A stretch of DNA of 64,000 nucleotides. Origin: an uncultured Porphyromonadaceae bacterium. Lineage in GTDB: Bacteria; Bacteroidota; Bacteroidia; Bacteroidales; Muribaculaceae. The position numbers were made by a program, and so were the translations under genes. Below the pieces are notes generated by a model, which worked only from the letters and a program-made list of their open reading frames with translations, did not search any database and was not told the DNA's origin. The DNA lies in contig CALERN010000023.1 in assembly GCA_937907575.1 (NCBI GenBank), positions 106,037 to 170,036 on the forward strand, written 5' to 3'. This document shows, one piece after another, positions 18,777-29,289 of the stretch; within the stretch, counting starts at the first letter, position 1; every line of letters begins with the position of its first letter.

Positions 18777-19508
18777 TCAGAGGATGAACGACACTTCCTT
18801 GAATGCGTATGTGCGCATCGCCCCGCTCTGGTCCATGAGCGTGAGCATGCCGTCGCTCGCCACTCCGGCAATGGCTGCGCTGAAGCGGCTGCCGTCGGGT
18901 GTTGCGAACCGGTACATCCTCCCGTCGCCGCGCCAGAGCCGCTCCATGTACCGGGCGTGAAGTGCCTGCCGAGAGGCTGGGTCGGCGGTGCTTTGCAGCC
19001 GCCGCTCGATGTGTGCTGCAAGCGTCTCGCACACGTCGTCTACGGAATGCTCGCGGCCTGTCAGCATTGCCATTGAGACGGGGTTGGGCGCGTCGGAGAT
19101 GAAGCGGAGCTGGTTGACGTTCAGCCCCACGCCGATGACGGTCTGGGTGATGTCGCGCCCGGTGACGGAGTGTTCTATCAGTATTCCGCTTATCTTGCGG
19201 TCGCCGGCGTAGATGTCGTTGGGCCATTTGACGCGGGCGTAGATGCCGCACTCCTCGAGGGTGTCTGCTACGGCGAGTGCGACGGCCTCGCTGACGGCAA
19301 ACTGGCACTGTGCGGGGAAGCCTCCGGGCAGCCACAGCATGCTGAAGTTGAGGTTCTTGCCGTCCTCCGATTCCCAGGAGTTGCCGCGTTGTCCTCGCCC
19401 TGCGCCCTGGCAGGGCGTTGTCACCACGGTCAGCGAGGGCAGCCCCTCGGCGTGCTGTGACAGCCATGTGTTGGTGGACTGCACCCGGGGCAGCTCTATC
19501 CTGTTCAT
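18777..19508 (-). CDS. birA: Biotin--[acetyl-CoA-carboxylase] ligase
   Basis: STN, QGAGRGQRGNSW, VKWPNDI, KISGILIE and GVGLNVN motifs. Confidence 0.95.
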   Translation of the reverse strand: MNRIELPRVQSTNTWLSQHAEGLPSLTVVTTPCQGAGRGQRGNSWESEDGKNLNFSMLWLPGGFPAQCQFAVSEAVALAVADTLEECGIYARVKWPNDIYAGDRKISGILIEHSVTGRDITQTVIGVGLNVNQLRFISDAPNPVSMAMLTGREHSVDDVCETLAAHIERRLQSTADPASRQALHARYMERLWRGDGRMYRFATPDGSRFSAAIAGVASDGMLTLMDQSGAMRTYAFKEVSFIL

Positions 19509-19921
19509 GAGGGGAGCGTGATTGTGCGTGAGCCGTCGTCGCTGGTCTCTATGCGCACCGGGACGGCATCGTCGGGGATAATTGCAGCTACGCGCTCTGG
19601 CCATTCGATGAGGCAGAGTGCACCGGAGTAGAAGTAGTCTTCCGCGCCTATCTCCATGGCCTCGGCCGCGTCACGGAGGCGGTAGAAGTCGAAGTGGTAG
19701 ACGGTGTCGCCGCGTGCGTCGCGGTACTCGTTGATGATGCTGAACGAGGGGGAGTTGACCGTTTCCTCCACTCCGAGCTGGCGGCATACCTCGGCGATGA
19801 ACGTGGTCTTGCCTGCGCCCATGGGGGCGTCAAATGTGAAGACGCGGCGGTCGCCTATGGCGTTGATGAATGAGCGTGCGGCCTGTGGCAGCTCCTCGAG
19901 TGAGCGTATACGTATTTCCAT
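19505..19921 (-). CDS. tsaE: tRNA threonylcarbamoyladenosine biosynthesis ATPase
   Basis: MGAGKTT, VNSPSFSIINEY, HFDFYRL and IEWPE motifs. Confidence 0.96.
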   Translation of the reverse strand: MEIRIRSLEELPQAARSFINAIGDRRVFTFDAPMGAGKTTFIAEVCRQLGVEETVNSPSFSIINEYRDARGDTVYHFDFYRLRDAAEAMEIGAEDYFYSGALCLIEWPERVAAIIPDDAVPVRIETSDDGSRTITLPS

Positions 19922-19926
19922 GGCTG

Positions 19927-20220
19927 TCAGATGCTTTTTTCGATGTTCCAGACGAATGCCCGCAGCCCGAGCAGGGGCTTGTCCTGGTCGAGGGCGTGCA
20001 GCCGGTCGAGCAGGGGGTCTGCCTTTTCGTCCTCGACCACGGTGATGATTGCGCCGGCCAGCGAGGGCCATGCGTGCGAGCCGTAGTGTGGGTCGCCTGT
20101 CGCGCTGCCGCGCCCGCGCACGGTGTCAACTGCGGTGAAGCCCCGGCAGCCTGTGCGTGTGAGCGCGTCGATGATGCTGTCGTAGTGTGCCTGGTCGTAT
20201 GCTATCAGTATGGCTTTCAT
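19927..20220 (-). CDS. PG0541-family transporter-associated (PII-like) protein
   Basis: MKAILIAYDQA...RGFT...GRGS..GDPHYGSHAWP; last gene of the RND block. Confidence 0.8.
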   Translation of the reverse strand: MKAILIAYDQAHYDSIIDALTRTGCRGFTAVDTVRGRGSATGDPHYGSHAWPSLAGAIITVVEDEKADPLLDRLHALDQDKPLLGLRAFVWNIEKSI

Positions 20221-23200
20221 TGTTTTTCCTCCTTTGTCAGGTTGATTGATGCGGCTACGCGCTCGCGGCGCAGCTTTTTGCGCTTGTTGCGCACCCCTCG
20301 CCCGGCAAACGAGCAGTATAGGGTGGGGACGAACAGGAGCGTGAGTATGGTCGAGAATGTCAGGCCTCCGATTACGGCTACGCCCATAGGCCTCCACATC
20401 TCTGCTCCCTGTCCCGAGCCGATTGCCATTGGGACCATGCCGAGAATTGTGGTGAGTGTTGTCATCACCACGGGGCGCAGGCGCGAGCGTCCGCCGTCTA
20501 TCACGGCGCGGCGTATGCTCATGCCGCGCTCGCGGTTGAGCGAGATGTAGTCTATCAGCACGATGCCGTTCTTGACGACGATGCCGATGAGCATGATTGC
20601 GCCGATCATCGACATGATGTTGAGCGTGTGGCCTGTTATCCACAGCATCAGGAACACGCCGGAGAATGCGAAGAGGAGCGATGTCATGATGATGCCGGGG
20701 TATGTGAGCGATTCGAACTGCGCCGCCATGACGATGTATACGAGTATTATGATGAGCGCGCCGAGCATCAGTAGGTCGGAGAACGAATCCTGCTGGTCCT
20801 CAAATGAGCCGGCCAGTCCTATGGTGATGCCTGCGGGGAGGTGCATCCTGTCTATTTCGGCCTGTGAGGCTGCGACCACGTCGCTCAACGGCACGCCGTC
20901 AACGACGGCGGAGACTGTGATGAGCCTTTCGCGGTCCTTGCGCTCTATGGTCGGGGGGGTGAACCGCTCGACTACGCGGCCGAGCTCCTTGACACGCACG
21001 GGGTTGCCCTGGGCGGTGTATACGGTGATGTTCTCGATGTCCTCGAGGCTTGTCCGGTGGTCGGGGTCGTACATGACCTTGATGTCATACTCCTCGCCGT
21101 CCTCGCGGAACTGGGAGGCTGTCGCGCCGTTGATGCGGTTGCGCAGGTACATCGCCACGGTCTGCATGTTCAGGCCGTAGAGGGCGAGCTTCTCGCGGTC
21201 GAAGTCCACTTGGTATTCGGGCTGGTAGTCTGAGCGCGAGACGGACACGTCTGCAGTGCCGGGTATCTTCTGCAGCACGGCCTGGAGCTGCCGCGCCACG
21301 GAGTCGGTCTCGGTGAAGTCATAGCCGTAGATTTCGTAGTCTACGGTGGACTCGCCGCTCATCGACATGCCGCGTCCGCCGCCTACGTTGACTTTCGCGG
21401 TCTTGAACTCTGGGAAGCCGTCGGCGAGGTCCTGTCGCATGCAGTCTGCTATCTCCTTGATGCCGCGCTTGCGGTCGCCCGGGTCGGTGAGCGAGATGTT
21501 CATCTCGACGATGTGCGAGCCGTTGTCGGAGAGGGAGGCGTATGTGTTGTCAGAGCTTGCCGGGCCTACGGTGTATTGGAGCACCTTGATTTCGGGGTAT
21601 TTCTTGCGCCACAGCGCGTCGAGGCGTGCCAGCGACTGCTTGGTCACCTCCACTCGCGTGCCTATGGGCATCTCGAGGTTGACGCCGATGCGGGCGTTGT
21701 CCTGCGTGGGTATGAACTCAGTGCCGACAAACCGCATGAGGAATATTGAGGCGACGAATATGGCGAGGCATACGGAGACGGTCGCTGTGCGGTGGGTCAC
21801 GACGCGGCGCAGCAGTGCGGCGTAGCCGTTGTCGAAGCTGTCGAGCGCACGCTCCACGGGGCGGAAGAACATGTCGTAGAGGCGGCTGTGGACGGCGGTG
21901 AGCTTCAGCCACTGGCTGCAGAGCATCGGCGTGAGCGAGAGGGCGCAGAGTGTGGATATGACCATCATGATAGTGACCATCCAGCCGAGCTGGCGGAACA
22001 GCACGCCTGTCATGCCTGTCACCATGGTGAGCGGGAAGAACACGGCTATGAGCGTCAGGGTGGAGGCGATTACGGAGACGGCGACCTCGTTGGTGCCGTG
22101 CACGGCGGCCTGCTTGGGGTCTGCGCCGCGCTCGATGTGGGTGGTGACGTTCTCCAGCACCACAATGGCGTCATCGACCACCATGCCGATGGAGATCGAC
22201 AGCGCCGAGAGCGAAATGATGTTGAGCGTGTTGCCGGTGGCGAACAGATATATGAACGATGCGATGAGCGAGACGGGTATGGTGATGACGATGATCATCG
22301 TCGCCCGCCAGCGTCCGAGGAACATGAACACCACTATCATGACGAACAGCAGAGCGTAGAGCACCGTCTCCTCGAGCGAGGCTATGGTGTTGCGTATGTT
22401 GTCGGAGGTGTCGATGATTACGCCGAGCTTCACGTCGGCGGGTAGGTTCTGCTGCAGCCGCGGGAGCATCTTCATCACCTTCTCGGAGATCTGCACGGAG
22501 TTTGCGCCGGACTGCTTCTGGATTACGATCATCGCGCCCTGGCGTCCGCCGGTGTATGTCTCCTGGGTGCGCTCCTCGAGTGAGTCGACTACCCGTGCCA
22601 CGTCGTGGAGGTATATGACGCGCCCCTCGAATGAGCCTACGGGGATGTTGGCCAGCTCGGAGGTGTCGTCAAACTCGCCCTGGACGCGCAGGGCGTATGT
22701 GTTGGAGCCGATGTCGAATGAGCCGCCGGGGGTGTTGCGGTTTTCCGCTCCGATGATTGAGGCAATGGTCTCGACGCTGAGGCGGTATGCCTCGAGCTGG
22801 TGCGGGTCGCAGTATATGTGTACCTCGCGCTTGGGCGCGCCCGATATTGAGACCGAGCCCACGCCGTCCACACGCGCCAGGGGGTTGGCGACGGCATCGT
22901 CGAGTATCTTGTACAGTCCCGGCATGCTCTCGTCGGCCTGGACTGACAGCAGGCAGATGGGTATCATGTCTGTCGAGAACTTGAAAATGATCGGGTTCTC
23001 GCTGTCGTCGGGGAGCGTCGATTTGACCATGTCGAGCTTGTCGCGCACGTCGTTGGTGAGCACGTCGATGTCGTATCCGTACTCGAACTCGAGTGTGATG
23101 ACCGAGGTGTTCTCGCGTGAGGCGGAGGTGATGTGCTTGAGGTGCTCGACGGAGTTGAGGGTGTTCTCGAGGGGCTTGGTCACGTTCTGCTCTATGTCCT

Positions 23201-23369
23201 CCGCGCTTGCCCCGGGGTACATCGTTATGACCATTAGGGTGTTGGTCTCGATGTCCGGATAGAGGTCAATCGGCAGTTTCGCGAGCGAGAACAGACCGAG
23301 TATTATTACGGCGACGAAACATAGCGTCGTCATCACCGGGCGTTTCACCGCCGAACCGTATAGACTCAT
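20217..23369 (-). CDS. RND efflux transporter permease (AcrB/AcrD/AcrF family)
   Basis: 1050 aa; GMVVDDAIVVLEN, GIVVKNGI and RLRPVVMT motifs. Confidence 0.97.
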   Translation of the reverse strand: MSLYGSAVKRPVMTTLCFVAVIILGLFSLAKLPIDLYPDIETNTLMVITMYPGASAEDIEQNVTKPLENTLNSVEHLKHITSASRENTSVITLEFEYGYDIDVLTNDVRDKLDMVKSTLPDDSENPIIFKFSTDMIPICLLSVQADESMPGLYKILDDAVANPLARVDGVGSVSISGAPKREVHIYCDPHQLEAYRLSVETIASIIGAENRNTPGGSFDIGSNTYALRVQGEFDDTSELANIPVGSFEGRVIYLHDVARVVDSLEERTQETYTGGRQGAMIVIQKQSGANSVQISEKVMKMLPRLQQNLPADVKLGVIIDTSDNIRNTIASLEETVLYALLFVMIVVFMFLGRWRATMIIVITIPVSLIASFIYLFATGNTLNIISLSALSISIGMVVDDAIVVLENVTTHIERGADPKQAAVHGTNEVAVSVIASTLTLIAVFFPLTMVTGMTGVLFRQLGWMVTIMMVISTLCALSLTPMLCSQWLKLTAVHSRLYDMFFRPVERALDSFDNGYAALLRRVVTHRTATVSVCLAIFVASIFLMRFVGTEFIPTQDNARIGVNLEMPIGTRVEVTKQSLARLDALWRKKYPEIKVLQYTVGPASSDNTYASLSDNGSHIVEMNISLTDPGDRKRGIKEIADCMRQDLADGFPEFKTAKVNVGGGRGMSMSGESTVDYEIYGYDFTETDSVARQLQAVLQKIPGTADVSVSRSDYQPEYQVDFDREKLALYGLNMQTVAMYLRNRINGATASQFREDGEEYDIKVMYDPDHRTSLEDIENITVYTAQGNPVRVKELGRVVERFTPPTIERKDRERLITVSAVVDGVPLSDVVAASQAEIDRMHLPAGITIGLAGSFEDQQDSFSDLLMLGALIIILVYIVMAAQFESLTYPGIIMTSLLFAFSGVFLMLWITGHTLNIMSMIGAIMLIGIVVKNGIVLIDYISLNRERGMSIRRAVIDGGRSRLRPVVMTTLTTILGMVPMAIGSGQGAEMWRPMGVAVIGGLTFSTILTLLFVPTLYCSFAGRGVRNKRKKLRRERVAASINLTKEEKQ

Positions 23370-23405
23370 GCCTTGCAGTGTTTATATGAGGGTGAAACAG
23401 ATGCG

Positions 23406-24458
23406 TTATTTTGCCACGCGCACTTTCGCGCCGTTTGAGAGGCGGGACTGCCCCTCGACGACAACGTCGGCCTGCGCGGGCAGCCCGGAGATGATTTCGT
23501 ATGCGTCGCCGAGCCGCTGCCCCAGCTCCACGAGGCGGTACTCGACCTTGCCGTTGTTGTAGACGTACACGTACTTGTTGCCCGAGCCCTGCTGCTTGAC
23601 GACGGCCTTGTCAGGCACTACGACATGGTTGGCAGTGCCGAGGTTGAGCGACACGCGGCCGAACATGCCGGGAAGTATCCGGTTGTCGCTGTTGGGGAGC
23701 GTCACCTCGGCGGAGAATGTGCGTGTGGCGGCGTCTACGGAGGGCGAAATCAGGGTCACGTACCCCTTGAACACCTCATCGCCGTAGGTGTCGAAAGTCA
23801 CCGTGGCGGGCATGCCGCGCTTCACCTGCGCCAGCTCTGTCTCGGAGACGTTGATGACTATCTTGACGGGCTGCACCTGCGAAATGGTGAGTATGGGGAG
23901 CTGCCCGGTCATGTCGCCCGGGTCGTAGTTGCGTGCCGTCACCACGCCGCTTATAGGTGAGGTCAGGACGGTGTTCTCGGCAGCGTTGCGCAGTGTGCGC
24001 TGTGCCGTTGCGAGTGCGTTGCGAGCGTTGATGACCTGTGTCTCCATCTGGTCAACGGCCTGCTTGGTGCCGCCTCCTATCCGGTACAGCTCGAGGGCGC
24101 GGTTGTAGTCGTTGGTCACGCTCGCCAGGTTGGCGCGAGCGTTGTCCACCTGTATCTGGTACGTGGCGGCGTTCACGTCGTCCATAACGACGAGCTTCTG
24201 CCCCCGGGTGACGCGCTGCCCCTCGTCCACATATATGGCTTTGATGCGGTTTGACATCATCGCGGAGATGTTGTTGACCTTGTCGGCCTCGACGCTTGCG
24301 GTGTAAACGCTCACCTGCGCCACCTCGCGCTCCGTAACGCGCTCTATGCGCACGACCGGGGTCTCGTCGGCCGCTTCCTTCTGCTGCTCTTTGTCGCCGC
24401 ACGCTGCCAGCGTCATGAGCGCAGCGAGCGCTGTTGTGTATATATGGGTGTGTCTCAT
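23406..24458 (-). CDS. RND efflux periplasmic adaptor (MFP)
   Basis: Lipobox LAAC; SPISGVV, LPGMF and VVVPDKAV motifs. Confidence 0.95.
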   Translation of the reverse strand: MRHTHIYTTALAALMTLAACGDKEQQKEAADETPVVRIERVTEREVAQVSVYTASVEADKVNNISAMMSNRIKAIYVDEGQRVTRGQKLVVMDDVNAATYQIQVDNARANLASVTNDYNRALELYRIGGGTKQAVDQMETQVINARNALATAQRTLRNAAENTVLTSPISGVVTARNYDPGDMTGQLPILTISQVQPVKIVINVSETELAQVKRGMPATVTFDTYGDEVFKGYVTLISPSVDAATRTFSAEVTLPNSDNRILPGMFGRVSLNLGTANHVVVPDKAVVKQQGSGNKYVYVYNNGKVEYRLVELGQRLGDAYEIISGLPAQADVVVEGQSRLSNGAKVRVAK

Positions 24459-24470
24459 CTGTGTGTCGTG

Positions 24471-25919
24471 TTACTCTGTTGTAGCGGGGTATGTGTATCC
24501 GGCGTTCTGCAGCTCGTCTTCGCGCCCGAGGAGCAGGTCGAGCTGGCTCGCTGATATGAGGTAGTTGTAAATGGCTTGCAGGTATGCGAGCTTGGCGGCG
24601 GTCTCTGCGACCTCGCTGTCGCGCAGGCTCAGGTAGGACCCGGCGCCTATCTCGAAGCTGCGCTTCATGATCTCATGCGCCTTCTCGGCCTGCCGCACCC
24701 CCTCTGCCGAGGTGTCTATCTGTTTGGCCTCCTTGCGTATGTTCTCCAGGGCGAGGTCTATCTGCATGTTGAGCGTGTTGACCAGGTTGTCGCGCTGCAG
24801 CCTCGCCTCCTTGACCTGCACCTCGGCCTGTTTGAGGCCGTAGTATTTCGAGCCGCCGGAGAATAGGGGGACGGAGAGCGACAGCCCCAGGTTGCTGTAG
24901 GGGTTGAACTGCTGGCTGCGCAGTGCGTTGCCGTTGCTCAGTGCGCTCCAGCTGTAGGAGAACTGCGCGGCAAGTGTCGGCACCCACGCGAGCTTCTTGA
25001 GGCTTGCGGTCTGCTCGAGCATCCGCGTCTGTATGTCGAGCGAGCGCAGGTCGGAGTTGCCCTGCAGCGAGCGGTCTATGCCGGCGATGCGGCCGTACAT
25101 CTCCTGCCGCATGTCCGTCAGGGTCATGTCGGGGTCGATGACGATGTCGTCGGTGATGCCCATCAGCACCTTCAGCTGCAGCCGTGCGCGGTCTATCGCT
25201 ATTTGTGCCTGTATCAGCTCGGGCTCGACGTTCTTCACCTGCACCGACGAGCGCAGCACGTCGTATTCGGTGGCTGTCCCCATTGAGAACTGCTTCTCGT
25301 ATAGGCCGGCGGTGTATTTGGCGAGCTCGTAGTTCTCGCGCACCACGTCATACGATGCCTTGGCGAGCATGAGCGTGTAGTACGCCTGGTTGACCTGGTC
25401 TGCCAGGTCGAGGCGCGAGGCTCGTGCCTTCTCGCAGCTGGCGAGTATCTGCGTCTCGCTGAGCTGCAGCGACTTCCACAGCGTCGGGGCTATGAGCGGC
25501 ACGGAGGCGGAGAACCCGAAGTTCCACGTGTTGTCGGTGCCCATCTTGAACGACTGCGTTTCGCCGCCCATGTTCATGCTCACGGTCTGCAGGGCGAGGG
25601 CGCGCTGGTATGCGCCGGTGAAGTCGATCTGGGGCAGCAGCGAGGCGCGTGTCTCCTTCTTGGCCAGGTCGAGGCGCGTGATTTCCATGTCGGCAATCTT
25701 GATGACAGGGCTTTCCTGCAACGCAATGCGCAGGCACTCGCTGCGGGACAGCACCACGGCCTTGCCGGCAGCCGAGTCCACCGCAGCAGCGTCTGTCGCC
25801 ATGGCAGTGTCGGCTATGGGGTCTTCCGTCACCACTGCGGGGCGCGGCTCTTGCGCAGCGGCAGCGGCAGCTGCCAGCACGCACAGGGCGGACGGAATGT
25901 ATCTTGTCAGGTATTTCAT
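24471..25919 (-). CDS. TolC-family outer-membrane efflux protein
   Basis: Signal peptide, two OEP repeats, position in the operon. Confidence 0.93.
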   Translation of the reverse strand: MKYLTRYIPSALCVLAAAAAAAQEPRPAVVTEDPIADTAMATDAAAVDSAAGKAVVLSRSECLRIALQESPVIKIADMEITRLDLAKKETRASLLPQIDFTGAYQRALALQTVSMNMGGETQSFKMGTDNTWNFGFSASVPLIAPTLWKSLQLSETQILASCEKARASRLDLADQVNQAYYTLMLAKASYDVVRENYELAKYTAGLYEKQFSMGTATEYDVLRSSVQVKNVEPELIQAQIAIDRARLQLKVLMGITDDIVIDPDMTLTDMRQEMYGRIAGIDRSLQGNSDLRSLDIQTRMLEQTASLKKLAWVPTLAAQFSYSWSALSNGNALRSQQFNPYSNLGLSLSVPLFSGGSKYYGLKQAEVQVKEARLQRDNLVNTLNMQIDLALENIRKEAKQIDTSAEGVRQAEKAHEIMKRSFEIGAGSYLSLRDSEVAETAAKLAYLQAIYNYLISASQLDLLLGREDELQNAGYTYPATTE

Positions 25920-26611
25920 ATATCTCTGGTTGTCAGCGTGTTTGTCTGTTGGCCTGTTTCTGTGCCGTCAGGGCGGAGGAGTTTTGCGGTCAGCCCGTCC
26001 AGGATTTGCATCCCCTTGGGTGTGGCGATGCTGCGCAGGAAGCCTATGGTGATGCTTTCGTAGGCCTGCGCCAATGTGACATCTGGCGGGAACACGTCGT
26101 GCATACAGGCCAGCGACTCGTATTGCAGCACAATGAGCCGCAGCGTTACGGGGTAGTTCACGTCGGTGCGGAACACCCCCTGCTCCACGCCGCGCCGTGT
26201 CTGCTGCGCGATGCACTCTATGGTCTCGCGGTTGCGGTTCTCCATGTTGCGGCGCAGCGAGGCCAGGTGGCGCAGGTCGCGGAAAAACTCCGGGCATACG
26301 GACTGCATCATGCGCATCTCGTCAAAGGCGTGCAGCACCATTGCCTCCATGATGTTGCCTGACGTGCGGAAACGCCTGTCGGCATTAGCCCGCAGCCGCT
26401 TCTGCATGTTGTCGGTCACGCGGATGAGCATCTCCTCCTTGCTGCCGAATATCTCGTACAGCGTCCGCTTGGACATGCCGAGTTCGGCCGCCACCAGATC
26501 CATGGTGCAGCCCTTTATGCCCCTTTTGGTGAGGATGTCCTCGATGCGCCGGTACAGGTGCTGGCGCTCTTCCGGGACGCTGTTGCCGTTTTCTGTATTC
26601 TCCTCTTTCAT
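25916..26611 (-). CDS. TetR/AcrR-family regulator
   Basis: TMDLVAAELGMSKRTLYEIFGSKEEM HTH; TAACTTTG promoter at 26625-26632. Confidence 0.93.
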   Translation of the reverse strand: MKEENTENGNSVPEERQHLYRRIEDILTKRGIKGCTMDLVAAELGMSKRTLYEIFGSKEEMLIRVTDNMQKRLRANADRRFRTSGNIMEAMVLHAFDEMRMMQSVCPEFFRDLRHLASLRRNMENRNRETIECIAQQTRRGVEQGVFRTDVNYPVTLRLIVLQYESLACMHDVFPPDVTLAQAYESITIGFLRSIATPKGMQILDGLTAKLLRPDGTETGQQTNTLTTRDI

Positions 26612-26644
26612 ATTATAGGCAGCGCAAAGTTAGGATATAAAACC

Positions 26645-26667
26645 GGCAGAACAAAAAAAGTTTTGCC
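26645..26667. promoter_or_regulatory. Candidate TetR operator GGCAGAAC-N7-GTTTTGCC
   Basis: Imperfect palindrome over the -33 region of the tetR-RND promoter. Confidence 0.45.
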
Positions 26668-26742
26668 CTGCCGTCGTCTATTGCTGTTGAAACCGCCGTA
26701 TAGGCTATAAAATCTGTCTTTTGGGCGAATGTGCCGTGCGTG

Positions 26743-29139
26743 TCAGCGTATGATGACCGCCGTGCCAGCATCGGTGTGGTCTGCGGCGAGGGTGACGGTG
26801 TGTGTCCGTGCGTCGTATTTCCAGCCCTCGGCCGCTGTGCCGTTTATGGTCACGCTGCGCGGTTTGCGCGTGATGCCTGTCACCTCGAGCGTCATGTGTA
26901 CAGTCTGCGGCATGGCTTCATACCCCTTCCCCTCGCTGGAGATGCTGATGCGTGTCTCGCCGCTGTCCTGCTGCCCTGTGAATGTGACGAGGCGGTATGC
27001 GCCGTCCTGAAGTGACGTGGGCGAGGTGCGGTCATCGTCATACAGGGTGTACGAAGTCTCCTCGGGTGCAGGGAAGAAGCGCACTGTCAGGCATGCCGGG
27101 TCATACTGCCCGGTATGCTCGATTGCCTGCGTGTACTGCGGTATGAACGCCCCCCGGCGCACGAACAGCGGCATCTGCGATAGCGGCGCGGCGACAGTGG
27201 CGGTCGTGCCTCCCCGATAACGGCGCAGCGGGTTGTTCCAGTCTACCCATTCCCCCTCGGGGAAGGTGACGCGGCGCGAGCGCGCCCCTTTGCGCATTAC
27301 AGGAGCGACAAGCACTTCATCGCCCCACAGGTATTCGTCGGTGATGCCCGCATGGCTTGCCTCGCCAGTGGTGAAGTCGAGCGGACGCGCGAGGGGGTAG
27401 CCCATGGCGGCGTTCTCGTATGCCAGCGTATAGTTGTAGGGCAGCCACTCGTAGCGCATCTTGATGTAGCGGCGGCAGATGTCCTCATATTGCGGATAGC
27501 AGTACGGCTCGGGCTTCTGCTGGGCGTGCGTGCGCAGCGTCGGGGTGAACGCGCCCATCTGCAGCCAGCGCACATACAGCTCCGCGTCTGTCGGGTGCGC
27601 CGGGTCAACGGCAAATCCCCCGATGTCGCTGCTCATGTACCCCAGTCCGGACAGCCCTGCGCCGAGCATTATCTTGACTTGCGGCTGGAAGCCTCCCCAC
27701 GAGCGCGACACGTCGGTTGACCAGGGGAACACGCCGTACCGCTGCAGTCCCGTCGTGCCGCCGCGCATCAGCGTCATTATGCGGCGATCGGGGTACTGCT
27801 CGCGCATCATCTCGTAGACGGTGCGGCTCCACTCGTTGCCGTATGCGTTGTGGTACTGCTCGGTTGTCATGCCGTTGTGGTGCACTATCCCCGAGGGGTG
27901 CACTTCCGGCTCTCCGAGGTCGCCCCACCAGCCCTCCACGCCGTCGGCGGTGAGCGAGGCGTAACGCGCTGCGAGCCATTGCCGTGTGGCAGGGTTGCTG
28001 ATGTCGAGCATCCCCGCTTCGCCCACCCAGGTGGTCACGTCTGCCGGCTGCCCCTGCGCGTCAGAGGTCAGCATCCCCGCCGCCCGGAGCATGTTGTAAT
28101 TGTCCAGCGCGCCGGTCTTGTTGATGTACGGCTGCGAGATGAGTATGGTCTTGACCCCCAGGCGGCACAGCGAGTCGAGCATCCCGCGGTGGTCGGGAAA
28201 CTGCGTGGCGTTCCACTCAAGCCGCCCCATGTCCGTCTCCTTGCCGTACCAGTACAGGTCGAGGACAATGCCGTCTACCGGGTATCCGTGGCGGCGCAGC
28301 GTGTCAACCGCGCCGAGCGTCTCCTGACGGTTGTGGTATCCGTAGCGCGAGGTGATGTACCCAAGCGACCAGAACGGCGGCAGGCCTTGCCGTCCGGTGA
28401 GGCAGGTGAAGCGAGAGGTCGTGCCGGCGAGTGTGCCGTGGCCGTTGATGAAATAGTATGACAGCAGCGACGGAGGGTTGACCGACGTGTAGCGTATCGT
28501 GTCGCCCAGCGTGAGCGTCGCCTGGTTGTGGTCGTCCACAAGTATGCCGTAGCCCGCATCAGAGGCGAAATAGGGCATGGTGATGTTCATCTGCGATATG
28601 CGCGGGTCGCCCTCGGTATATCCGTAGTTCTGCCGGTTGTACATCACCAGCGTGTCGCCGCGCAAGTCGAGCGAGTGTCCGCGCTCTCCCGCTCCGAAGA
28701 AGCGTTGCCCGGCCGGAGCTGCCAGCGTGACGGTCTTGCTGTCGCGGCGGTTGTCGAGGCCTTCGGCTTCGGAGATGAGCAGCCTCCCCGCGCTGTCGCT
28801 GAATGTGGCGAGCCCCGTGCGGCGGTCTATGCTTATTGACGTTGACGGCGAGGAGATTTCCACGCACGAGGGCGATGCCGACACATTGACATTATTGCCT
28901 TGCGGCGTCAGCGCCACTGCCTGCGAGGGGAGGTAGCGGTAGCCGTCCATGGTGTCGGGGATGACCGTTATGCGGAATATGTCGTCCGTTATCGGGGTGA
29001 CGCGCAGTGTGCCGCGCTCGGTGGCTACTGATATTGACGCGCCGTCAGAGGCGATTGCGCCGCGCTGTTGCGGAGCGGTGGCTGCTATTGCTATTGCCGG
29101 CAGCACAGCCGCTGCCAGCAGAGAGTAACGTGATTTCAT
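26743..29139 (-). CDS. Glycoside hydrolase family 31 (alpha-glucosidase-like)
   Basis: Signal peptide; LDLYW, WWGDLGEPE nucleophile motif, WSTDV, SDIGGF and ELYVRWLQ motifs. Confidence 0.95.
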   Translation of the reverse strand: MKSRYSLLAAAVLPAIAIAATAPQQRGAIASDGASISVATERGTLRVTPITDDIFRITVIPDTMDGYRYLPSQAVALTPQGNNVNVSASPSCVEISSPSTSISIDRRTGLATFSDSAGRLLISEAEGLDNRRDSKTVTLAAPAGQRFFGAGERGHSLDLRGDTLVMYNRQNYGYTEGDPRISQMNITMPYFASDAGYGILVDDHNQATLTLGDTIRYTSVNPPSLLSYYFINGHGTLAGTTSRFTCLTGRQGLPPFWSLGYITSRYGYHNRQETLGAVDTLRRHGYPVDGIVLDLYWYGKETDMGRLEWNATQFPDHRGMLDSLCRLGVKTILISQPYINKTGALDNYNMLRAAGMLTSDAQGQPADVTTWVGEAGMLDISNPATRQWLAARYASLTADGVEGWWGDLGEPEVHPSGIVHHNGMTTEQYHNAYGNEWSRTVYEMMREQYPDRRIMTLMRGGTTGLQRYGVFPWSTDVSRSWGGFQPQVKIMLGAGLSGLGYMSSDIGGFAVDPAHPTDAELYVRWLQMGAFTPTLRTHAQQKPEPYCYPQYEDICRRYIKMRYEWLPYNYTLAYENAAMGYPLARPLDFTTGEASHAGITDEYLWGDEVLVAPVMRKGARSRRVTFPEGEWVDWNNPLRRYRGGTTATVAAPLSQMPLFVRRGAFIPQYTQAIEHTGQYDPACLTVRFFPAPEETSYTLYDDDRTSPTSLQDGAYRLVTFTGQQDSGETRISISSEGKGYEAMPQTVHMTLEVTGITRKPRSVTINGTAAEGWKYDARTHTVTLAADHTDAGTAVIIR

Positions 29140-29289
29140 CTTGTACGGAAGTTTCGGGTGAGAGATTAGGTATGTAAAAGCACGACGAACCGTGCACCAC
29201 TATCTGAAAAATCATAGATCATTAATGTTGTGAAATGGGTGCACGGCGCGTCTCTTTGCTTTTGGCTGACGGCGAAGCCTTCAGGCGGG

